The notes under the pieces were generated by a model. It was given only the letters and a program-made list of their open reading frames with translations. It ran no database searches and was not told the DNA's origin. Below, in pieces: positions 25,976 through 36,537 of a DNA stretch of 64,000 nucleotides; the stretch's first letter is position 1; the number at the start of each line of letters is the position of its first letter. The stretch lies in the NCBI GenBank assembly GCA_964658305.1, contig OZ210885.1, positions 22,506,001 through 22,570,000 of the forward strand, given 5' to 3'. Source of the DNA: Leptogorgia sarmentosa (taxonomy: Eukaryota). A program made the position numbers and the translations under genes.

Positions 25976-28204
25976 TACTAACAAATGGTGCAAGCAATGT
26001 TATAAAATTAGTTCAACTTAATCAACCAAAGAAACCTTCAGGAATAATTTGGGTACAGTTTGATGATGAAAATGTTGGCAACAAGACAAGACAAGACAAT
26101 CAACATCTTTATGTCCAAGGAATCCAACCTACTTGGACACCAATTAAACCAGTAACCACACAGTTTAATGTTGGCAAAACTAAATCAGCTCAAGCAGTAA
26201 GAAAACAATTTCCCTTGCGAGCAGCAGCTGCTAAAACTATACACAGATCACAGGGTGATACTCAAACTCAGATTGTTGTAAACCTTAAAACGAAAAGACC
26301 AATACCTCATATGCACTATGTAGCGCTTAGCAGGGTCACTACAATTGAAGGACTATATGTAACTGATCTGTGTGAAAACAGAATTTCAGTTGACCAAAAA
26401 GTTGTAGCTGAAATGAGGAAGTTAAGGACCGAGCGACAATTGCAACTCTGTTTTACTTCTTTTATGACGTCAAATATGAATCAGATTTAAAAGTTTGCTT
26501 TTTAAATGCTCGTTCACTTCACAAACACATTAACGATGTTTGCCATGACTTTAATTTTACTTCAAGTGATATAGCAATCTTTACAGAAACCAGGATCAAT
26601 TGCAAGGCGGCTTCCTTGTTGGATAGTCTGAAAGATTTTCGGCGGACAGCTTTATCCCTTGCTATTGCATCAGCACAGTGGCGTGGTGGCTGGGAAATTT
26701 CTAGGGGGGCCAATGTTCAATATCGGAATTTGCACCCCCTCTAATACCAATTGAGTGGTGAAGGGAGGTTTTAAATTCTGGGTCTCTGAGATGGCATTTC
26801 CTGCATTTTGAGAACGCATTTTGGGAAACAATTGCTATCAATCCAAATAAACAGCCAGGTTTTGCTGGACAGCAAGTTATAACCAAATTTTGTATGTTAA
26901 ACTATACTTTATGCAAGTTGAATGGAATATAAATAACATTGAGTGTTTAAATGTTTTAAAGACAACCATCATCAAATGGATCCATTGTTTCTTCATTGAT
27001 CTGTGTAATCTCATCATCATCACTGTCTAAATTTATAATTATTTAAGTAAAACAAAGTGAGATCATGTTGACATTACAGAAAAATTAAAAATAATCATGC
27101 AGTTAGCATAATTATCTGAACCTCCCAAATCTGAAGGTAGGTGCTGTTAAACTGTAGACATGATTATGGTTTTTTACCTGAACTGTCAAGGATCAAACCT
27201 AAATCCACCAGGGACACTGGAGTAGACGTATCACAACTACCACAAAACTTAACCTGACCCTAACCATTTCAAACCCTAATCCACAAATATACCCTTGACT
27301 CTAAACCCAATCCAATCCTTAACCTGACCCTAACCAATTCAATTAGTCATGCTGGCATGGACTTTGACCCCAAGCTCCTAGAACCCATTCCCTGGCACGA
27401 CTCCCATGGCAACGCTTACAAACCTGGATAGTCTCCATGGCAACGTCCCCACTTTTCACAATTCTCTTTGACATTAACTTGAACGCAGAGTACAATCTAT
27501 TGACTGGCATCGTAAGTTTTCCTTACACTAATATATGTAATCCACGCCACTCCACTTCACCAAAACGCATTCCATAAAAACCCTCTTATCCATCACACGC
27601 CATCTCCAACACGGCTTTATCACCCTCCCAACTTGCAAAAACAAAAAAGTGAACAGTCAAACAGGTGAGGTTGCTTCCCAACTTGCAATCGATTCAGTTT
27701 TTTTCCAAAATAACCAAGGCAGATAGTTGTTTGTATCGGTTCTCAAGGTTATTTCATCCTTACACTTGTAAAATTGTCGCTTTGTCCTTCGTAAAATTGG
27801 CAAGTGTTTTGGTGGAATTAATGATTAAAGTGCCCTCGGGACAGTGAAAAGTTTTGGGTTTCTTTTAACCATAGGTAAATAAGTAGTTTCAAGCTGTTGC
27901 AGTAAAAGTTGAAAGCGAGAGTGTTGAAACCTGGTAGTAGTCACAGCAATCTGTGCCTTGTACTGTCATACAAGATAACTCCAGGATGTTATTGTACCCA
28001 TGCTACAGTCACATGCATGGTAAACAAAATGCATGTTGTGCGTGGAAAACAACTATATCTGGAATCTATATGTTCATCATGTTTATATTCAATGATTTGA
28101 GAAAACAGGACAACATGTTTACCTTGCCTCCTTTGACAGCTGCATATGTGTATTTGACACCTCATCATTTGCTTTATTTACTGTATAAATATTAACATAA
28201 ACAG

Positions 28205-29690
28205 TAGAGGTGTGCAAATCCGATCGGATTCGTTCGGATTTCGGATTTTCGGAATTTTTTGTGACTATGTTTACGTATGTCTATAGTCGTAAAAATAATG
28301 ACGATGCTTTATAGTTTATAGTTTATATTTATAACATCGATGATCCACTGTTGTCTATTTATTTAGTATACTTTTTATTTAAATTTATTTACGAAGAAAT
28401 GCGAATTCACAATTCAGCAAAGTCAAAGATACGGAATGCATGCAGTAAAAGTAAACAGTAAACACACTACACTAGTACAGTATGTCTAGACTTTCAGTCT
28501 CGAGTCTAGACACTGTAGACAATTTGACATGTTATGGCCGAGGGTGAAACGGTTTTCACTGAAACCAGTAAATTGTCACAAGAGAATGTGGAGAAACTCC
28601 TGCGAGGAAATTCTGATCGCACCTCCATTACATCAGCTGGTGAAAAGAAGAGATCTCAATGTTGGAAGAAATTCGAGTTTCCAAAAGTTGACAAAATTGT
28701 TTATCAAGATCTTGCTGCCTGTTATAAATGCAAAACGGTTTACAAGTACTCTTCCGTCAACTAAACAGGCACATATGCGGCAATTCTAAGCAACCCAAAG
28801 GACAGACAACACTTAAAATGTATTCGTCGGGTCAAGAAAAGCCGCAGATAAAGCTAACAAAAGCTGAATAAGAAGCACTACAAATCGATGCAATTGACGC
28901 AGCAGCCATGGAGTTTAGTCCACTGTCAAGTTATGGAAAAGACGGCATTGCTTAAATTGCTTAAAACAGCAGCAAAGCTTGGTGCAAACTATGGTGAAAA
29001 TCTTGATCTGAGCCAGCATATTGTGCACAGAACCATCCTCACTCGCAATTATTTGCACAAGCACCACAAAGAGATTCGAAAAAAAGTTTTAGAGGTGATA
29101 AACGGTGATCCATTCGCCACTACAACTGATCTTTGTTTGGAAGGAGAAATATACCGGGAAAAACTATATGTCAGTCACAGCACACCACATTTCTCCTGAC
29201 TGGACGCTGTGCAACTTCATTTCGTCAACAGTTGAGTACACCCTTGATGATTACACCGCAGCGAATATTGGCATGTTTTATCTGGAATATGTCCCGGATG
29301 CCCCGTTTCAGCTTGTTGTAACTGACAAGATAAACACTATGCCAACTGCTTTTTGGTATCTTCCTAAAGATGATCAAATTGGTTGCATTGCTCACATCAG
29401 TTCGTTAATAGCGAAAGCGTGTGTTACGTCAGAAGATGCCATAGGAAGTTAAGGCCAACATTGAAGCTGCGAAAAGGCTTGTTGGACATGTTAAGCGAAC
29501 TGACCTTCAATCGTGCTTGACTAAAACTCTTAAGGAAACAGTTCCCATGCGTTTCTACACATATAGAGAAATGATTGGAAGTGTTATTGAAAGTTGGGAG
29601 GAGCTTGAAAATGCATTGGATGCACGAAACAAGTTGAACTACTTGGAGGATATCAACAAAATACTCCTGACCAAACATCACACGTAAAAA
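28205..29690 (+). mobile_element. hAT transposon with a BED finger, degenerate and 3'-truncated
   Basis: Left end TAGAGGTG with subterminal tcgga repeats; RSQCWKKF..CYKC, ATTTDL, YMSVTAH, VVTD, CIAH. Confidence 0.8.
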
Positions 29691-29820
29691 TGCCCATGGG
29701 TATGTAATTTGAAACTGTGTGTAATGCACACCCACTGCACATATTCAGCTTCTCATCCCAATACGAAGAGTCATTTTGATGTAGGATAAATTTTTATTAT
29801 ATCATATGTGTTAATGCAAG

Positions 29821-30186
29821 TATTATTGTACTCATCTTGCTTTTTTACAATAATTATACATGCTTATGTTTATTCGATCAGATGAATTACTTGGGGAAGA
29901 GACATTGACTGCCAGCCAAAGTGAAGATGATGATGTTACAGTGTTAGTGTAAGCCATATTTTAAATCCAACAATGCTGCAGCAATTTTTGCCTATATGTG
30001 TTGATTCAAATATTATTGTAATCATCTTGCTTTTTTACAATAATTATACATGCTTATGTTTATTAGATCAGATGAATTATTTGGGGAAGAGACATTGACT
30101 GCCAGCCAAAGTGAAGATGATGATGTTACAGGGTTAGTGTAAGCCATATTTTAAATCCAACAATGCTGCAGCAATTTTTTCCTATA
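29821..30186 (+). repeat. Tandem duplication (190-bp period) containing a 72-bp exon
   Basis: Near-identical copies start at 29821 and 30011; exon 30067-30138 is bounded by tttattag and gtaag. Confidence 0.85.
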
Positions 30187-30266
30187 GTCCATAGGCTTCA
30201 GCTTGCAACAACCCAAGTGGCCTAAACAACTTTGTGGGTGATATGTACTCATTACAATGTTTTAGA

Positions 30267-30694
30267 TTATGTGCCCAAGTTGACGAGCAAGTGACTGAGG
30301 ATGATGACTTGTTTAACATCACTATAAATGGAAATGATGATGAAGAGACTGGAGATAATGATGTTCAAGGTGTCAGAGCTGTGTCAACGTTGAAGTGGTT
30401 ACCCCAGAAGAAGCCATCGAAATGGAAAAGTGCATTGTCTTTACAGACACTCTCATGTCATCTCTACATGGGAGTGTCTGTAAACGACCAGATTGTGGAC
30501 GTCCTTTGATTTACTCAAAGACATATGCTGGAACATGCCTTGTGGTTTCGTGGGGATGTCAATCTGGGCACGCTGGAGGCAGATGGGCAGCTCAACCAAG
30601 TTGTGACAGGATAAGAGCTGGAAATTTAATCCTCTAAGCAAAATTGTTTTGGATACCTGCTTCCTCAACAGACTGAGTACTATATCAACTTCAG
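30267..30694 (+). pseudogene. Fragment of a spliced DNA-transposon gene, possibly a Mutator-like transposase N-terminal region
   Basis: KCIVF..C..C..GTCLVVSWGCQSGH..WAAQP..AGNLIL is a motif I recall from animal transposase-like proteins; the family call is uncertain. Confidence 0.45.
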
Positions 30695-30865
30695 GTACTA
30701 AAATACAACAAAATATATCATCTGCATTAACTGTAAATTAAATGTATTGTTATATTTTCTAATGATAGGCATACTGGATTCCTTGAATCATACCACAATG
30801 TCATTCTGATGTATGCTCCAAAACGTTATACAGTGTTAAGTGTTATGTTCATATTTGTTGTTCGG

Positions 30866-31370
30866 GCGTGGGTGCCCTGTGGGCTCGCAAAATCCTGGCC
30901 AACAACTCCACCACCTACACAGGCACGAAAGAAGCTGCCCGGGATTTCTTCGCCACCCGATCTTGCAACACTGACGCGCTGGAGGACCTCCTCCAAGCAA
31001 CGACCCCAACCGTTGAGGAAGACCCAAGCCCCCTTACCGCTGACCTCACAGAGAGCGAAATTCAGAACAAACTCCGTGCCCCAGCAAATACCTCGCCTGG
31101 CCCGGACAGGGTTGAATATCACCACCTCAAACGTGTTGACCCCAGGTGCGAAATCCTTCATCTCACTTTCCAACGCTGCCTACATGAATGTGATGTCCCC
31201 CGAGCATGGAAGGAAGCCTGTACCATCCTAATCCACAAGAAAAACGATCCCTCAGACCCCTCGAACTTTCGTCCCATCGCCTTGATGTCCTGCATTTACA
31301 AGCTCTTTATGGGCACCATGGGCAAACGACTATCCACCTTGGCCATCCACCACGACATCCTGTCCCCCAG
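30866..31370 (+). mobile_element. Internal RT fragment of a Utopia-like element
   Basis: NTSPGPDRVEY..WKEACTILIHKK..NFRPIALMSCIYKL, closely similar to 33450-33770. Confidence 0.85.
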
Positions 31371-32280
31371 GTCTTCTCGGACAGACTTTCCGGTTGCTCT
31401 CAATTGGTCTTCTTCCTTCATCACAATTATGGGATCTCAGTTGTGCAACAATGGTGGCATATAGATACCTGTCTCATATCGAACAAACTGAACACCGTTG
31501 TGTCAATAAATACCGTTCGTGGGGTATACATGTAGATTGGAGCAGTGTTTGTATAATCTACAACTTTGGCGGTTTGCCCACCCAGATCGATACACCAGCT
31601 GGTTGGTGGCTTAACATCATTTTCCGACCAATTCACCATCATAGGTTAGGGATCCCTGGGCGTGAAGGTGGGTAGCACCGGATCGTTCAGGCCACTCATG
31701 GTTGTTTCATGGCACGGGGGAGGCGTTCATGACCCCTGTCGATCCGCGTCACCTGTAGTGACCCCCCTGGGTGCGGCAATTGCACCGGGTCCAGACTCCA
31801 TTGCACTGCCGGAGTCGACAAGCCCGTCGTCGTTCAACTCAAAATAAGATAACCTTGGAGTTCATAGATCAAAGATGCACAATGTAGAAGTTCCACAACA
31901 CATTAAATCAGTGTGATTGATTGAATCAGAGTATGTGTGACCTCGACCAACGAAGTTTACTCGAAGGCTTTGTGACCCGGTACAGTACATCCGTGCCTCG
32001 ACAATGGTGCTCGCAAAGTCTTGCAAAATACCTTCCATGTTAGGTCTCCTCTGTGCCTTTGCAGAGCTTTGAGACAAACAGTGTGGCAGTGTCTAGTTGT
32101 GGTCACGTGCTGCCCCTAGCTTGGTTTAATTTTTCGTTTGTTTAACTCTCAATTTCACAAATTGACTGACCTTTGAAATTAGGTCTTTACTTTATCCTTT
32201 CTTAATGTTTCCTGTATGCTAGCCGGCGCGCTCTGTACATCTGGGTTTTAAACGCTTGCTCTGTTGTTTTTTGTTGGGAG
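31371..32280 (+). mobile_element. Tx1 LINE 3' fragment (zf-RVT region and 3' UTR) with an unrelated insert of about 300 bp
   Basis: YRYLSHIEQTEHRCVNKYRSWGIHVDW..NLQLWRF resembles the post-RT region at 39050-39250 and 6820-6860; T-rich tail. Confidence 0.55.
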
Positions 32281-35200
32281 TTGACCTACAACATGGTCCC
32301 TGCAATTATGAAATGCGTCGTACCGTTCCCCAAAGAAGGATTACCTTGCCCAGTATGCAACAAGACCCAGCGAGACTCGTCCACCTTCAAGACCCACCCG
32401 AAACGAGTTCACAAGTCACTGGATGTCCAAACATCCACAACTTGCTCAGTCTGCCAAAGGGAGTTTGATACCTTCAGAGCTGGTTCCACACACTACGCCA
32501 AGACGCACTACACCAAGACCAAACCCAGAACCCCGGCTGCCTCCCAACTGGGCATTCCATCAACACCAGAGGCCTGTGCCATCGTTGAAGAATTGATCAA
32601 CCGCTCCCCACCGCTGACTTGCGACACCGAACCTCTCTCCACCCAAGAACTCATCACCGAACTCCTGCAAGCTTCACCTACCCGTCCCTTCACCCCAGTG
32701 TCACCAACCTCATCTGCCGAACCCTCTCCCTCATCCTGCACTGACAATGAACGGTCACCCACTTACGAGATCGCGCCTCCGATCCCCACCAGCAGCCGTC
32801 GGAACATCTGCCCCCCTAGTGACTCCCAGATTACAGACCTCCTCCACACTATCCACCACTACCCCCGCCAACCAAACCCATCCGGGAAGAACATTTCTCC
32901 TCCACCAGCAACCACCCACCACCCCTCAACACAAGCCAGACGACGCCTGGCCAATCTAGAGCGACTCTGTGCCACCCTTGCCACAGACACTGATACAACC
33001 GGTACCCCACCACCAACCACCCAGCTATCCAACCCCCCACCTTCACCACCTGCACTCCCAGGCTCCCAGCCACCCATTCCTGAACCACCTACCCCCGAAG
33101 CACCCCCACCACTGACCACCCAGCAATCCAACCCCCCACCTTCACCACCTGCAGCTCCAGTCACCCAGCCATCCACTCCTGAACCACCCACACCCGAAGC
33201 ACACCCACCACCAATCGACTCGTCCTTGGACGATGAACCCACCAATGACAACCTCAACACCTTCCGTGCCCGCTGGACCGAAACCTTCAGCAACCCCCTG
33301 TCATGGGAAGAATTCTTGACCCAGTGCGACCTCTTTGCCTCCGAAACCCGCCAATTAGCCACCACCCTCAACCACCGCCCGATTATCGCAACACCTGAAA
33401 CACAGTGTCCCAAGCGTTGATGATGATTCTGACCACCTTGCTTCCAAGCTGACACCCACCGAGATCCAATCGAAACTCCGCTCTGCTGCCAACACTTCCC
33501 CCGGACCCGACTGAGTCGAATACAGCCACCTAAAACAAGTCGACCCGCAATGCAAGATCCTTGCACTCGTTTTTAACCGTTGCATGAGTGAATCCGACGT
33601 ATCCAAGGCCTGGAAGGATGCTTGTACCATCCTTATACACAAAAAACACGACCCCTCCGATCCGGCAAACTTTCGACCAATCGCCCTCATGTCCTGTATC
33701 TATAAACTGCTCATGGGAACCCTGGGCAAGCGCCTTTCATCCTGGGCAATCCACCACGGCATCCTCTCCCAAAAACAAAAGAGTGCCCGCCCATCCGAAG
33801 GCTGCTACAAACACACATACCTGCTCAAATCCATTGTCAGAGACACTCACATGAATAAGAGGACTACGTACCTGGCTTGGCTTGACTTGCACAATGCCTT
33901 CGGAAGCATCCCCCACCCGGCTATTCGAACCACCCTCCAACACATCGGTGTACCAGAGCCCCTCGTAGCCCTGATAATGAACGCGTACAGAGATGCCAGC
34001 ACCACCATCCGAACTTCCACCGAATCGACTGAACCCGTTCCCATTTGCTCCGGAGTAAAACAAGGATGCTCCTCTCAGCGCCATCCTCTTCAACTTATGC
34101 ATCGAGCTCATTATCCGGTCCATCAAACAGAAAGCCACCACCCTCCCACGCAACCAGTCCTTATCCTTCCACAACACACTGGTATCCTGCCTTGCCTACG
34201 CCGACGACCTGGTACTCCTGGGACGAACTAAAGACACCCTTCAAACCTTCCTCGACATTGCCTCCAATACTGCCTCCATCCTTGGACTTGATTTTCGCCC
34301 TGACAATTGTGCCACCCTCGCCATCGTCAATCGCAAAGGTGAACCTGTCCGCATCGACCCCCATGTGTTTACCATCCACGAAGGTCCGATCCCCGCCCAT
34401 GAATCCTACCGCTACCTTGGCGTCCCCATCGGTCTCGTCCACAACATTGACGATCTGGACAACATAGTCCCTCAACTGATCGATGACCTTGCTGCTATCG
34501 ACTCCTCCCTCCTTGCGCCATGGCAAAAACTTGATGCGATCCGGACATTCATCCAAGCTGGTCTGACGTACGCCCTACGTGCTGGTGACCCCAAAAAACA
34601 ATCACTGGAGTCGTACCACCGTGCCCTCGACACAGGCCTATTTCTTTGCCTCCAAGTGCTCCGGTGGCCTTGCACTGCAAGATCCAATGTCAGAGATCAG
34701 CGCCCAATGCATTGTCCAAGCCGTTCAAATCCTGTCCTCGTCTGACCCCACTGCCGCTTCCATCGCTCATGCTGACCTGCATGCTGTCGTCCGACGCGCC
34801 ACCAGCTCCAACCCCTCACCAAACCTCATTTTGAAATTCCTCTCTACCCGGCAGCGAGGTGTCTGGCAGCACCGGTGTCTGGCAGCACCGAAAACCCACT
34901 CGGCAACCTCAATTATACGAACTCGTCCTTGTGTCGCAAAGCCTGTCGACGCCTCAACATCCGTTTTGTGTTCTCGGATTCTGAAGAACCCGCAATCTCC
35001 ACCACCGACTCCGATCGCATCAAATCCAAGAATGTAACCAGCTTCCTCCACCGCTACATCCAACAAAAACACTCCCAAAAACTCCTCGACCTCCCTTACC
35101 AAGGCAAAGTTGCTCAATGTCTCTCCAATGACCGATATGCCAATGGCTCCACCTGGCACAGTACCGGCTTGAACCTCCGTTTCAAAGACTGGCGCTTCAT

Positions 35201-36109
35201 CCATAAAGCCTACCTAAATTGTCTACCGACTAACGCTGTGGTCCGCCCGATGGTCCAACACCTCCCCCGCCTGTCGCCACTCTACCGACGCTGAGACTCT
35301 ACGGCACATCATCAACCACTGCCATCCAGATCTCGTGCACATACGTACCCGACACAACAAATTAGTCACCCGCATCACAGATGCCATCCGCTTTGGCACC
35401 ATTACCACAGACCGCACCATTGCCTCATCTGATCTCCTCCTACGCGCAGACATCATCTTTGAAGAAGACGACTGCACCTTAATTATTGACCTTACGTGTC
35501 CCTTCGACAATGGTCCCGATGCCCTTAAGGAAGCTTCACAGGCAAAGATCACCAAATACCTCCCGCTCAAAGAACATTGTCAGTCCAATGGAAAACCCTG
35601 TGAAATTTTCCCTTTTGTTGTTGGTTCCCTTGGATCCTGGCACCCTTCTAACAAACTCCTCCTGTCCGAACTCGGAATGACCTAACGCTGCCGAACGCTA
35701 TTTCGCAAACTATGTTGTACGGATGCTATCCAAGGCTCGTGTGATGTCTATCGACTCCATATGGGATAGGATCACACAGCTGGCTCTTTTACACAGTGCA
35801 CTAGGCACGCATGCCTTTTATTATTTTTTGCATTTAGACTCCACCTTTTATGTTTTCATTCCCCCTTTTATACCTGCACACACGTAAGCCACTCGGGCAC
35901 ATGAACACTAGATACTCAAACTTCAGAGAGCCCCACTCTTGTTCTGACATTTCAATTTGCATGGATCTCAAATTCAGTATCACACACTTAGGTTTTTAGA
36001 TATATATCTTTCTGCCCTAGCTTAGTAAAAAACATAAATAAGCCTGATCAGCTTATCCCCACAGTATTAGGATGGATTCCATCACCTCCCAAATAGAACA
36101 TTAAAAAAC
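32281..36109 (+). mobile_element. Utopia-like (NeSL-related, RLE) U2-targeting non-LTR retrotransposon, degenerate
   Basis: Two C2H2 fingers, Pro-rich linker with two 99-bp repeats, RT (WLDLHNAFGSI, GVKQG, LAYADD, YRYLG), CCHC-like ETLRHIINHC, RHN, (P>A)D..IIDLTCPFDN..K..KY; A-rich 3' end joined to U2 nt 39. Confidence 0.88.
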
Positions 36110-36262
36110 TCTGTTCTTATCAGCTTAATATCTGATATGTTAGGCAATGTCCTAACTCATATATTAAACTGATTTTGGGATCTCGGCCATGGGATTGAAG
36201 CTTGCTTCACCCTGGCCACAGGTTGTCTCGGTATTGCACTACCTCCGAGTATGGCCCACTTC
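36110..36262 (+). ncRNA. U2: U2 snRNA gene, 3' part (nt 39 to the end)
   Basis: TCTGTTCTTATCAGCTTAATATCTGATA, stem IIb GTTAGG/CCTAAC, ATATTAAA, Sm-like GATTTTGG, stem III GAAG-CTTG-CTTC, loop IV TATTGCACTAC. Confidence 0.95.
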
Positions 36263-36492
36263 CCCCAATTTCATTATTGGCGGAAAATTTCTCACTATTA
36301 TCAGTTCAAAATTCCAACAAATTATTCTTACGTTTACAGATAGATCATCGCCGCGAACCGGTATTTGGCAATATATGCGCTGAATATGGTCGAGAATTGT
36401 CGGAACGTGCAAACACGGTGCAGTCCGAATCTATCGACAGACAAACTCATCCCCATGCATTCGTTCCACAAGCATTCCTCGCGGTTGCAGCG

Positions 36493-36500
36493 TATAAAAG
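36493..36500 (+). promoter_or_regulatory. TATA box 31 nt upstream of the U1-like start
   Basis: TATAAAAG at -31 relative to A36524, with an Inr-like TCATACT. Confidence 0.55.
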
Positions 36501-36523
36501 GTAATCGTATGCGCCATGAAGTC

Positions 36524-36537
36524 ATACTTACCTGACG
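36524..36537 (+). ncRNA. U1: U1 snRNA 5' end only (ATACTTACCTG), fused to a Tx1 5' UTR
   Basis: The conserved 11-nt U1 5' end lies 260 bp after U2 and downstream of a TATA box; no SL1 GATCA loop or canonical Sm site follows. Confidence 0.6.

Larger units (their letters stand above)
19240..26594 (+). mobile_element. Helentron RepHel pseudogene (DUB-like domain, STPR repeats, Cys-rich domain, Rep, Pif1 helicase, APE)
   Basis: FKIFDSHSRD; repeats of the ETPECRAERL type; CTCC/WLCQSC; LRGSPPYF..AMIRQLG; MDIQFILDVYACA; EISAQEA; LDEVSMV; QFPL..AKTIHRSQG; YVALSRV; C-terminal FLNARSL..IFTETR. Confidence 0.92.

Noticed and set aside
27240..27340. Telomere or interstitial telomeric array (also gttagggttagg near 14818)
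   Set aside because: Only scattered degenerate CCCTAA units, typical of internal motifs of small non-autonomous elements.
32508..35570. Long minus-strand Gly/Val-rich ORFs
   Set aside because: These are antisense shadows of the C-rich, Pro-rich Utopia coding strand.
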